A stretch of 64,000 bases of DNA from Squalus acanthias (GCA_030390025.1 JASTWF010000036.1:1116001-1180000), one strand, 5' to 3'. Counted from the stretch's first letter, positions 49,140-60,276 are shown. A program made the numbers and translations. Notes: generated from the sequence alone by a model not told the origin.

Positions 49140-50303
49140 CATGTGTCTCGCCATCTTCAGGGGGTGGGGGGCAGGTGGGGGGTGCGGTGGGGGGGGTGGA
49201 GAACCTTTTCAGTAAGTAACAAATAGTTAGCAGTGAGCTACAGGACCATGGTTCAAACTTAGGGGTCCATTCATAAACCGATTGAGCTTCGTCCTTGAAC
49301 CTTGACACCTTCATGACCCCTTCAATTAAATTGCAACACGCTAACTTTCTCCCGGCGAATCCTGTACAGCAAAACTTGTCGGGTTTCTGCCACTGCCAGC
49401 CTGCGCTGTATTGGAATATAAAATTGCCCTGCTTGTAACCCATTGCAGTACCTTGGCATCGCAATACACTGTAATCACACCAGTCTGAAATGAACTGCTA
49501 TGCTGAAGCCTACTCAGGAAGAATAATGGGTTATGTTTCAAACCATCATTCCCTGGCATAATAATGGATGACAGTTTTGTTGGCTGCAGCAGAATCTGTT
49601 AATCAACCGCATCCCTAAACCACGAAGCATTTTCCTGGGGCAGTTGCTTTATTCTGAAAGTGTTTTTTTATGCTGATAAATGACTGCTTCTCGGTGCTGT
49701 AATTCATGCTGGGTTTTGGACGGCCTGAAGGAAAATGAACTTTGCAATACCACGAGCAAACGTAATATGGTTTCAACCCACACAGGGTTCTGCTCAAGCG
49801 AAAATGAACTCGCATTGTTTGTGATTATTGTGGATTCAAGCACATCTGGGGCAAGGAGAGGGAATGGGAAATCATCATTCTTCGTGAGGAACTTGAGCCA
49901 AAGTCAGGAGAATGCATTTCTGTCCCTATCTTCCATTGGGCGATTCAGGTCGAGGCTGCACTTTTTAGCCAGCACATTGCCCTTAAACAACAAGGGGGAA
50001 AAATTCAGTTGGTTGCGCCTCCCGTTAGCGCCTTAAGAGGGCGCTAATGGGGTGCAAAGCAGCTAGCGCCCGGGCGCAGCGATGTTTGCGCCGCTCGGGA
50101 ACTTAACTAGACATTTTGCGGCGGCGCTAAACTTTATCGCCGCGATCTCCTGCGCGCGCAGATTGTGACGTCATACGAGAGTGCAACGCCCTTGTGGCGC
50201 CCCGGAGCAGAATTTCAGTGGCGCCCCCATCCTTACCGCCTGGCGCATCCAGCGACCGGTAGAGTGGAACGCTATCATTCGCTGTGGGGCTGGGGGGGGG
50301 CGC

Positions 50304-50311
50304 TATTTAAA
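50304..50311 (+). promoter_or_regulatory. TATA-like box upstream of the transposase
   Basis: tatttaaa followed by ggggg, ~200 bp before the ATG; mirrored by ttcttaaaggggg on the minus strand near 53910, upstream of the Myb gene. Confidence 0.45.
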
Positions 50312-50504
50312 GGGGGCCTCTTCCTGTCTTTCTCTGTGGTGGACATTTTGGCACCACTCGTTCTGAGAGAGAGAGAGAGATTCGGAGAGAGAGAAAGAGA
50401 GACTTCTGCATTGAGTCAACGCTGTGTGAGGTAGTTTTGGCTACTCATCCTAACTTCGCTGGTACTTTGGTTTCTGGCCTTCATAACTTTGCTTGCAAAG
50501 AGAT

Positions 50505-51656
50505 ATGGGGGCTGCACTGATGGGGGGCGTCGTCCTGCGCCAGCTGAATCGGAGGAGACAGAGACGCAGAGAGAGAGTGGCAATGATGGCCAGACGGAGG
50601 AGGGCCAACAGGCATCTGTACAGGAGAGCTTACCCTCCCAGGGTATATCGTGAACAGCTCTCCTACATTCATATGTCTGAGGAGCAGTGTCTGCGAAGGC
50701 TGCGCTTCAGCAAGGAGGTGGTCACTGAGCTCTGCCACCTGCTGCAGCCAGATCTGCAGCCTCAACTGAGGTTCAGGACGTCTCTGTCGGTGGCAGTGAA
50801 GGTCACAGTGGCTCTGAACTTTTATGCTACTGGCTCATTTCAATCTGCTGTTGGGGACATCGCCAATATCTCCCAGTTCGCGGTGCATTGCTGCATCAGG
50901 AAGGTCACAAATGCCCTCTTTAAAAGGAGACGAGAGGTCATCTCTTTCCCCATGACCCCAGACAAGCAGCAAGAACGCGCTCTGGGCTTTGCGAGGATAG
51001 CGGGCTTCCCCATGGTGCAGGGCGCCATTGACTGCACGCATGTGGCTTTGCGTGCTCCACATGAGAATGCCGAGGATTTCCGGAACAGAAAGGGGTTCCA
51101 TTCCTTGAATGTTCAGTTGGTCTGTGACCACAGACAGCTGATACTCGCTGTCAATGCCCAGTATCCTGGCAGCTGCCACGATGCTTTCATCCTGCGCCAG
51201 ACTACTGTGGCAGAACTTTTCGAGGCACCGCATCAGCCAGTTGGTTGGCTTCTCGGGGACAAGGGGTATCCACTGAGCACCTGGCTGATGACACCGCTCC
51301 GTACGCCCAACACCCCTGCTGAGCTGCGGTACAACGAGAGCCATCAAGCTACCAGGAACATCGTGGAGCACACAATCGGCGTGCTCAAGCAACGGTTCCG
51401 CTGTCTCGACCATTCTGGAGGAGCCCTGCAGTACTCGCCTGAGCGAGTTTCCAACATCGTAGTTGTGTGCTGCATGCTGCATAACATGGCAATCCTCAGG
51501 ACCCAGCCAATGCCACCAGGCCTTGGAGCACCACCAGAGGAGGAGGAGGAAGAGGAGGAGGAGGATGATCAGCAGCAGCACCAAGGCGTGAGGGCGGCCC
51601 ACAATGGTGAAACTGCAAGGGCCGTCCGTCAGCGGCTGATAGCAAGCCGCTTCTAG
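50505..51656 (+). CDS. Harbinger DDE transposase (HARBI1-like family), intact, 383 aa
   Basis: Uninterrupted ORF with GAIDCTHV, NRKGFHSLNVQLVCD, YPGSCHDAFIL, LLGDKGYPL and RNIVEHTIGVLKQRFRCL. Confidence 0.96.
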   Translation: MGAALMGGVVLRQLNRRRQRRRERVAMMARRRRANRHLYRRAYPPRVYREQLSYIHMSEEQCLRRLRFSKEVVTELCHLLQPDLQPQLRFRTSLSVAVKVTVALNFYATGSFQSAVGDIANISQFAVHCCIRKVTNALFKRRREVISFPMTPDKQQERALGFARIAGFPMVQGAIDCTHVALRAPHENAEDFRNRKGFHSLNVQLVCDHRQLILAVNAQYPGSCHDAFILRQTTVAELFEAPHQPVGWLLGDKGYPLSTWLMTPLRTPNTPAELRYNESHQATRNIVEHTIGVLKQRFRCLDHSGGALQYSPERVSNIVVVCCMLHNMAILRTQPMPPGLGAPPEEEEEEEEEDDQQQHQGVRAAHNGETARAVRQRLIASRF

Positions 51657-51969
51657 GCCCCTGCTGTGGAAATGGCTTCTGCCATTGAGAACAGCATGAA
51701 TGAACCCAACACGCAACCCCCCTAAGCCGGCCAAGGCACCAATGATTCCAAACACCAAACATGTATATTTTGAGTACCAAAACTTATTTATTTTACAAAC
51801 TCTGTGTGTGTCATTTCTTCATGTCAAACTCATACAAATAAACACAAAAAAACAGTCATTACCATAACTGGTTCTCACAACCTGGAGATCATGTGCAAAA
51901 CACTCAACAAAAGTTTGACCACGAACCTCGGCCTTTAATAAAAAAATGACCAGCATTTTGTCACACCTC

Positions 51970-53813
51970 CTACATCGAGGGTGAACTCCTTCCCGTGCGC
52001 CCTTCCCCCCTTCTTACCCTACTGCTCCTCCGCAATGGGACCTCAGTGGCTGCAGCAAGGCTGGTGGAAGGCTGCTGACTGTCAGGCCCTGACAATGCAG
52101 ATGCCCTTGAGGGACGGCCTCGACCAGTTCTGGGCCTGGAGGGCCCGGCTGCAGACTGCACCAACTCTGCATGGGCGGCAGCAGTCTGTCCTACAGGCGG
52201 TGGCAACTGCAGTGGAGAAGTGACAGTGGTGGCAGCAGGAATGCTGTCATCTTGAGCGAGGACAGCAACTCCCTGCTCGACCGGCACACTGGCACTCCCA
52301 CGGGGCAGCACCTCAGCATCCGGAGCAATCTGCTGGAGCACAGATTGCTGGCCTGCTGCGGCGCGGTGAGAGCCCCGGGGAAATGTGAACGAACCAGCGA
52401 GGATGGCAGCAGACAGTGCTCGCGTGGCCTCAATCTGAGTCTGCATGAGAGCAGTCTGAGATTGAATTGCAGCACTGAGCTTCAGTGTCGCATCCGCCTG
52501 CGCTGCAGCGAAGTGCTCCACACTCCTTGCCAGTGCTTCAATGCATTCGGGCACCCTACCCACTGCAGCCATGAGCTCAGTGTGCATGCCCACCGCCTGG
52601 GTGTTCATTTCCGCGATCAGCCGCTCCTCCTCTGCGTCCAGTGCAGCAGGACTCGCTGGCATACTCTCCCTCCGGGGAGAAGGCCCCCGAGCTTCCCTAC
52701 CCCCATCGCGTTGCTGCAGCCCGCTGGGTCCTGGAGCTTCACCCTCATCAGACCCTTCCCCCCTGCTCCCCTCCAGGGAAGGCGTGTTCCCAGTGTCGGC
52801 ATGGGCTTCCTCGGGAGAGGGTGGCACTGATGCTCCGGCTTCCTCTTCCTCCTCGGCTGCAGCTTCACTCCCACTGGCAGCTTGAGGGCCCGTCTCCTCA
52901 GCTGGTGAATCACCATCTGAAAGCAGGGAGGTACAAGAGTGGCTTTAGCGTGAGGACAGGGTGGCAGTAAGGGAGGAATAAGTGCAGCGAGTTAGTAAGT
53001 TGGATTGAAAGTGTCAAAGGCTGGTGTTGTGAGGGACAAGTGGAAGGACAGAGGACAAAAAGGTGATGACCTTACCATTGCTGTCCAGAACGGGGTCGGC
53101 GTCTCCAGTGGCGACGGGACCGATCACCCGGCTTGCCACAATCCTGTGGACGCGCTCCTAAAGATCGCTGAGGGGTTGCAGCTGAGGCCGCCCTCCACCC
53201 GTCCGTTGCTGCTGTCTCCTATTATGCGCCAGCTTGGCCTGCAAGAAAAAGGATGGCGTCTGAGTAAATATACAGCCATGGTCTTGCCTGATGTGCCTCC
53301 CATAGGTGAATAGCCCTTACTGTATGCAGCCATGGTCTTGCCTGATGTGCCTCCCATAGGTGAATAGCCCTTACTGTATGCAGCCATGGTCTTGCCTGAT
53401 GTGCCTCCCATAGGTGAATAGCCCTTACTGTATGCAAAGTATGGAATGTGTGTGTGTGCTTCATGAAAGGGCCATAGGTGTTGGATGAGTGTTGTTAATT
53501 GTGGTTTTAAGACCCTCTGGCCATAGAGTGAGGTTGAGATGGAGGGATGGAGAGGTATTGCAAAAAAGCCACTCACCCTGACGACCCGAGTGAGGTCGTT
53601 GAACTTTTTCCGGCATTGGACATGGGTCCTGGGCACCATGCTCCTAGAGGAGACGCGCTGAGCCACCTCCCTCCACACTCTTCTGTAGTCGCGCGGCAAA
53701 GGCCTCCTGCCACTCTCTGGGTACAGTATTGCTCTTCGGCGCTCCACCGCGCCAACCAGAGCATCCAAGGCCCGCTCGGTGAAGCGCTCAGCTCGTTCTC
53801 TCGCCCTTTCCAT
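51970..53813 (-). pseudogene. Harbinger Myb/SANT-like DNA-binding protein gene, three exons (53813-53577, 53238-53076, 52916-51970), nonsense codon at position 106
   Basis: Exon 1 RFTERALDALV...WREVAQRV...RTHVQCRKKFNDL; GT-AG introns in phases 0 and 1 give 449 codons; exon 2 AKLAHNRRQQQRTGGGRPQLQPLSDL*ERV with TAG at 53160-53158. Confidence 0.9.
53273..53434. repeat. Three perfect 54-bp tandem repeats in Myb-gene intron 1
   Basis: Unit cagccatggtcttgcctgatgtgcctcccataggtgaatagcccttactgtatg. Confidence 0.97.
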
Positions 53814-54234
53814 CCTTGGCTGGAAAATGGAATCTCAGGTCTCTCCAGGTCGAGATTCAAGGCTGCAATGAGCAAGGTGTGGCTGGGGAGCAAGATCGCC
53901 CCCCCCCCTTTAAGAACTGGCCGGCGCCAGTGTGTCTGTGTTCCCTCGCTAACTGGCAGCACCTGCGCTGCGCTCGCGCTCTGAGTTAGCGCCTCACTCC
54001 TCGGCCTTTGCGCCTTAAGACAGGTGTGCAGCGCCTGATTTAGCGCTCCAATCACCTCCCGGGGCGTTAAAAGTGAAGTTTCCAGTCAGTGGCGATAATT
54101 AGCGCCAGTCGCTAATTTTTGCGCCCGGACGATATTTGCGCCCCAAACGGGGCGCGACTGAATTTTTCCCCCCAATTGTTCAGCTCTTGACAAGCTTAGC
54201 TGGAAATTGGTCTGGTCCGCAACAGTACTGAAGC

Positions 54235-55405
54235 CGGCCAGTGCTCCTCCAGCCAGTCAATGGCTAAATGCACCTGAGACTTCCAAACTAGGAAGGTCCC
54301 TTGCTTCTACCCATGCTGAGTTAGCGCGACTCACTGGGTCAGCAGTTTGAGAGGTGGGGGAAGAGGCTTTTTAAAATTAGTTTATGGGATGTTGGCGCCG
54401 CTGGCAAGGCCAGCATTTATTGCCCATCCCTAGCTGCCCTTGAGAAGCTGGTGGTGAGCCGCCTTCTTGAACCGCTGCAGTCCGTGTGGTGATGGTACTC
54501 CCACAGTGCTGTTAGGGAGGGAGTTCCAGGATTTTGACCCAGCGACGATGAAGGATCGGCGATATACTTCCAAGTCAGGATGGTGTGTGACTTGGAAGTG
54601 GTGGTGTTCCCATGTGCCTGCTGCCCTTGTCCTTCTAGGTGGAAGAGGTCGCGGGTTTGGGAGGTGCTGCCGAAGAAGCCTTGGCGAGTTGCTGCAGTGC
54701 ATCTTGTAGATGGTACACACTGCAGCCATGGTACGCCGGTGGTGGAGGGAGTGAATGTTTAAGGTGGTGGATGGGGTGCCGATCAAGCGGGCTGCTTTGT
54801 CCTGGATGGTGTCAAGCTTCTTGAGTGTTGTTGGAGCTGCACTCATCCAGGCAAGTGGAGAATATTCCATCACACTCCTTACTTGTGCCTTGTAGATGGT
54901 GGAAAGGCTTTGGGGAGTCAGGAGGTGAGACACTCGCCACAGAACACTCAGCCTCTGACCTGCTCTTGTTGCCACAGTATTTATGTGGCTGGTCCAGTTA
55001 AGTTTCTGGTCAATGGTGACCCCCCAGGATGTTGATGGTGGGGGATTCGGCGATGGTAATGCCGTGAATGTCAAGGGGCGGTGGTTAGACTCTCGCTTGT
55101 TGGAGATAGTCATTGCCTGGCACTTCTGTGGCGCGAATGTAACCTATGATTGGCTGCCCGCTCTCCAGGCTCAGGAAGGAGGAATCGACCAGGGTCTCTG
55201 GTCCACATCACTAACCAGTCACCCCGATAGAAAGTGCGTGGTTGTGGATATTGAGCAGTGATCGGGTTCAGTGGTGATGCCCTCCAATGTTAATGTTCAG
55301 TCAAGGTCTATGCATGAAGAATAGCCACTTGGGAGGTATTAGAGAACTACTGGAACTGTGCCCCAGTAAGAGTCTTGTGTTCAAGAGAAGAGGGGAGAAA
55401 GCTGT
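54235..55405 (+). mobile_element. AmnSINE2-like SINE split by LINE family A (pieces ~54235-54365 and ~55160-55405)
   Basis: Head aggaaggtccc...tgctgagttagc; body gaaagtgcgtg...atgaagaatagccacttgggaggtat. Confidence 0.55.
54370..55143 (-). mobile_element. Zenon-like LINE family A, 3' ~770 bp
   Basis: ORF 54430-55113: GVTIDQKLNWTSHI...YKAQVRSVMEYSPLAW. Confidence 0.93.
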
Positions 55406-55540
55406 TTTGGGGAGCGGTTGGGGGAGGGGGTGGGGGGAAGCTAGCCACATGTCCAGCTAGCCACTGAGGAAGTCTACTTCCAGACACGATAGAAAGTGTT
55501 CCAGCCATCCAAATTGGACAACTCGTCTACAATAAATAAT

Positions 55541-55815
55541 TGGAGGCAACTGGATGTTGCACAGGGTTAAAGCACTGACTTTTCACCTCTGGGCCTTGGG
55601 TTTAAATCCTGCCCAGACTGACGATTGAATTCTCATCACTCTGCCATCTGTACGATGCCTATGTGGAACTAGCTTGGACATTCTCAAGCTAGTGGGGCAT
55701 GGATTGGCACCAAATTGGGCTATCTCAATGGCGGCTGATGTGGGAAAATCATATTCGTTCATTCAGGAGAGCTTTGCTGAGGCTGGGGTTGAGTCACATT
55801 ATTAGGACAGAATAG
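55541..55815 (+). mobile_element. LF-SINE-like relic, interrupted at its 3' side by a MITE
   Basis: Blocks tttcacctct..gggtttaaatcctgcccag, gcctatgtggaa, ctagtgg, attggcacc.aattgg and ggggttgagtcacatt occur in the order I recall for the LF-SINE consensus. Confidence 0.6.
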
Positions 55816-55818
55816 AAG

Positions 55819-56553
55819 GGGGGAGAAATTCGGTATCGCCCCGTTTGGGGCGCTAAAGTTTGAAAGCTGGAAAAATTAGCGCCAGGCGCTAATCATTCTC
55901 AGCTTTCGGTAAATTCCGTGTTAGCGCTCAAGGAAGGCAGTGGTGCGCTAAATCAAGCGCTACTACTTCCCTTCTGGGGCGCTAAACCACACAGGAGGGG
56001 TGGTAGAGGAGCAGCGCTGCACAATGACCACTGCTGGGATCCGAGGGCTCCTTCCCTCTCTTACAGGGAAGGGTCATCGCTGCAGGCTCTGCATTTGAAC
56101 GATCTCCCTCGTCGCCGACGGCAGCCGGGATCCTCGACGATCAGCCCCAAGCACTCTAACAGAGCGCAGGGCTGACCAATCGCATCATTTAAAACATTTT
56201 TCAAAATGCACCCGAAAGGAAGGAAACACATTTCTCCTGAAGACCGGCGGCCTTACCTTTAATTAGTGCTCCCGAAGCGCCCGGCCTCCCGAACAAGGCC
56301 TCCTGCAGCTGCCGGTGTCATCGCCCGGCGATGCTGCAGGGGGGGCGGAACCGAATGTCGGGTCCGGGGCGCTACGCTGCCGGATGATGTCACGATCTCC
56401 GGGCGCAGGAGGTCGTGGCGCTAGGGGTTACTGCCGCCGCAAACCGCCAGGTGAATTTCGCGGGCGGCGGTGACATCGCCACGCCCAGGCGGTAAGTCGT
56501 TAGCGCCCCGTTATCGCCCCCCCGGAGGCGCTAACCAACCGAATTTCTCCCCC
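55819..56553. mobile_element. Harbinger MITE related to family A (735 bp)
   Basis: Perfect TIR GGGGGAGAAATTCGGT; TSD aag/tag; subterminal cgccccgtttggggcgc is shared with the autonomous element. Confidence 0.92.
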
Positions 56554-57008
56554 TAGGAGTTTAACCTCCATCTCACCTGCTTGCCATACGATCTGGGCAT
56601 GCTTGTTACTGATGCCAGCTATCCAAAGTAGGAAAGTGTGCCATTCCTTGCACTGGCATCATTCCCCTCAATGTGCCCTTCTGTGTCCAAGGAATCTCCT
56701 TTGGTCAGAAAGCGATGGCCATTTTTGTACAAGTGTGTGGCACGTAGGCTATGTTGTGTATATATATTTTTATTCTTGTCTGTTATATCAACCTGTGCCT
56801 GAAATAAAATTGAACTGAGACTGAGCTGCAAACGCTGCTTCTTACAATACAAACCATTCAATAGTGTCATTTTTCCTAGCTGGCTGACATACTGGAGGTG
56901 GATCGGTGCATTCAAATACAGTTACAATCCAATTAAGTCATGTTGCTTAATGACACAATTGCTCATTTCAAAGTGTCCCTACACTATTACTTGCTTTGGA
57001 GGTTGGCA

Positions 57009-57269
57009 TTGAGTTGCCAACCCTCCAGGATTGTGCTGGAGTCTCCATGAATGAAACATTAATCTCCTGGACTCTGCTGCGAGCGACTCGAGAGAAAAAT
57101 CATCGGGTTTTAAAAGAATTTTTTTCTCATTTTCTTTGAACATTTCTGTTTATTAGTTAGAAAAATATTGGAGAGGGGGGGAGGAAAAAACGGTTGCTTG
57201 ACCGGACAGGGGGTGGTGGGAGGTGAGAGAAACCTCCAGGAATACGGCCAACCAGAGTTGGCGACCCTA
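57009..57269. mobile_element. hAT-type MITE, same family as 27887-28264
   Basis: gttgccaaccctccagg...gttggcgacccta; partial TSD ggttggca/ggttgagt. Confidence 0.78.
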
Positions 57270-57687
57270 GGTTGAGTCCATCTCTCGGGGGCCATTTTGA
57301 ATCTTAACAACATTCCAGGCCTCAGTGAGGATGATTCTTTTCAAAAATGCTCACAAATTGGCAATTAAAAGACCAGAAGAATTACATTGTTTTCTGCTGC
57401 GCCTGACAATCCGGTCGCAACGTTGAGACCCCGAACAAACACAATTGGAGGATACTCGGATTTGAGAGGCGGGGGTGGGGGGGGCGGGCCGTAGCCAGGT
57501 TTGTGGACGCAGATTCATTCAGACGCTGGGTTTGATGGACAGGCGCAAAAGACTGAGGAGACTTGGGCCTATTGTCGCTACGTGGATAACTCACGCCCAA
57601 AATTCCACAATCTTTTAAGCCACATAATTGGATTGTGCCCAGATTACGGGTATATCTGGGCACAAATGCAAAGGAAATTCCTAGGCT

Positions 57688-57775
57688 AACGTGCTCAAGT
57701 CTCTGGAGTGGGATTATGAACCCACAACCTTCTGACTCAGAGGCAAGAATGCTGCCAACTGAGCCAACATGAGCT
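57688..57775 (-). mobile_element. DeuSINE head fragment
   Basis: gtgctcaagtctctggagtggga...ccaactgagcc. Confidence 0.75.
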
Positions 57776-57844
57776 TCCTTTCCCTTGGAGGTCACTTCAA
57801 CTTCCGCCTCAGCACTTTTTCTCATTCTGCTATTTTGGCCTATT

Positions 57845-59510
57845 TAGAAACATAGAAACATAGAAGATAGGAGCAGGAGTAGGCCATTCAGCCCCTCGAG
57901 CCTGCTCCGCCATTTAATGAGATCATGGCTGATCATCCAAATTCAGTGCCCTGTCCCTGCTTTCTCCCCATATCCCTTGATCCCTTTAGCTTTAAGAAAT
58001 ATATCTAACTCCTTCTTGAATATATTTAATGAATTGGCCTCTACTGCCTTCTGTGGTAGAGAATTCCACAGGTTCACCACTCTCTGGGTGAAGAAATTCC
58101 TCCTCATCTCAGTCCTAAATGGATTACCCCTTATCCTTAGACTGTGACCCCTGGTTCTGGACTCCCCGGCCATCGGGAACATCCTTCCTGCATCTAGTCT
58201 GTCTAGTCCTGTTAGAATTTTATAAGTTTCAATGAGATCCCCTCTCATTCTTCTAAACTCCAGCGAGTATAAGCCCAATCGACCCAATCTCTCCTCATAC
58301 GTCATTCCTGCCATCCCAGGTATCAGCCTGGTGAATCTTCACTGCACTCCCTCCATGGCAAGAACATCCTTCCTCAGATAAGGCGACCAAAACTGCACAC
58401 AATACTCAAGATGTGGTCTCACCAAGGCCCTGTACAACTGCAGCAAGACATCCTTGTTCCTGTACTCAAACCCTTTCGCTACGAAGGCCAACATACCATT
58501 TGCCTTCTTAACCGCCTGCTGCACCTGCATGCTTACCTTCAGCGACTGGTGCACAAGGACACCCAGGTCTCGTTGCACTTCCCCTTCTCCCAATCTATTG
58601 CCATTCAGATAATAATCTGCCTTCCTGTTTTTGACACCAAAGTGGATAACCTCGCATTTATCCACATTATATTGCATCTGCCATGCTTCTGCCCAATCAC
58701 CCAACCTGTTCCAAATCATACTGGAGTTTCTCGGCATCCTCCTCGCAGCACACACGCCCACCCAGCTTTGTGTCGTCTGCAAACTTGGAGATATTACATC
58801 CAATTCCCTCGTCTAGATCATTAATATATATTGTGAATAGCTGGGGTCCAAGGACCGATCCCTGCAGTACTCCACTAGTCACTGCCTGCCACTCGGAAAA
58901 AGACCCATTTATTCCAACTCTTTGCTTTCTGTCTGCCAACCAGTTCTCTATGCAAGACAGTACCTTACCCCCAATCCCATGTGCTTTAACTTTGCACGCT
59001 AATCTCTTATGCGGGACCTTATCGAAAGCCCAAATACACCACATCCACTGGTTCTCCCTTATCTATTTTACCAGTTACATCCTCAAAAAATTCCAGTAGA
59101 TTAGTCAAGCACGATTTACCTTTTGTAAATCCATGTTGACTTTGTCCGATCCTGTCACTGTTTTCCAAGTGCTCTGCTATTACATCTTTTATAATGGACT
59201 CTAGCATTTTCCCCACTACCGATGTCAGGCTTACCGGCCTATAATTCCCCGTTTTCTCTCTACCACCTTTTTTGAATAGTGGGGTAACATTAGCTACCCT
59301 CCAATCCATGGGTACAGTTCCAGAATCTATCGAATTTTGGAAGATGACCAGCAATGCATCTACTATTTCTAGGGCCACTTCCTTAAGTACCCTAGGATGT
59401 AGATTATCAGGCCCTGGGGATTTATCGGCCTTCAATCCCATCAATTTCCCTAACACTATTTCCCTACAAATACTGATTTCTTTCAGTTCCTCCCTCTCAT
59501 TAGACCCTAT
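57845..59510 (-). mobile_element. CR1 (HER1-type) LINE, 5'-truncated, frameshifted RT
   Basis: ORFs 59019-59456, 58697-59044, 58339-58803 and 57943-58314 carry [22 protein letters not shown] and RPHLEYC. Confidence 0.97.
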
Positions 59511-59511
59511 C

Positions 59512-59925
59512 TTCCCCTGCCCCCTCCACCCCCAAAGCTAGTGTTTCACGCTGGGCTATAATTCCATCAGTGACAGCAGCCTTCCAATATCTTACCCATG
59601 TGACCGTTCTTCATATGCAAGCCTGAACAGTGGGTGTTGTCAGGCTATTTGACCGGGGGAGGCTTGCATCACGACTGTACCACTTCCTGTCCTTACTCGA
59701 GGTCCACCCACCCTTTCCAGCAAGGGTCACTGAATAGTGATCGGGGGTCAAGTCCCTGGTCAATTCTCCACTTCATCCTCTGGAGGCTGAGGCCAATTGT
59801 AGCGTCCCCATCAATGCCATGGTCGGGATGGGCTAATTCAGCACGGTGCCCGTGGGATCAGACTCGAGACCTTTGTGGTCTGTGTGGCTCAATGTCATCG
59901 TACCCACTGTACCATGGGGGTTGTC
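59512..59925 (-). mobile_element. AmnSINE2-like SINE, near full length
   Basis: Minus-strand head ccatggtacagtgggta..tgagccacacagacc..gtgctgaattagc; body cagtgacccttgctggaaag. Confidence 0.6.
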
Positions 59926-60058
59926 CATTAGCCCACTTCAGCCTTTTGTTCTGAGATTGTTGAATTAGCATCATGTTCAGGGCCATACTCAGTGTCCACT
60001 TGGAAGCCAGGCTGAGACTGCCTGGATTCTCAATACTGGCCATCCCGTGTTCAGCGTC

Positions 60059-60276
60059 CAGGGTTGCCAACCCTCCTGGACACTGCTGCGCGCAAACCTG
60101 GAGTAAATCCTAGGATCATTGAAAAAAAATGCTGTGTGTTTTTAATTTTCTTTGAACACTTTTGTTCGAAAAATATTGGAGATGAGGGAGACAAAAAAGG
60201 CTGTTTGATGGGGCAGGGCAGTGGGAGGTCATGTGACAAAACCTCCAGGAATACGTCCAACAGGGTTGGCAACCCA
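60059..60276. mobile_element. hAT-type MITE, third copy
   Basis: cagggttgccaaccct...agggttggcaaccc; no TSD evident. Confidence 0.78.

Larger units (their letters stand above)
49994..54172 (+). mobile_element. Full-length PIF/Harbinger DNA transposon (4,179 bp)
   Basis: Perfect 16-bp TIR GGGGGAAAAATTCAGT (49994-50009 and 54157-54172); TSD caa (49991-49993 and 54173-54175); convergent transposase and Myb-like genes. Confidence 0.97.

Noticed and set aside
50835..52830. Antisense ORFs of 307 aa and 219 aa
   Set aside because: Shadows of the GC-rich Harbinger genes on the opposite strand.
53124..53576. Read-through of Myb exon 1 into a 229-aa ORF
   Set aside because: A canonical gtgagt donor follows codon 79, and the downstream frame translates intronic tandem repeats.
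50505..53813. Domesticated host genes HARBI1 / NAIF1 / MSANTD
   Set aside because: Both genes lie inside intact TIRs with a TSD and have related MITEs, so they are transposon genes.
57384..57612. Further Harbinger-like MITE remnants (also 38362-38450 and 39045-39180)
   Set aside because: Only single TIR-like words are visible; boundaries and TSDs cannot be defined.
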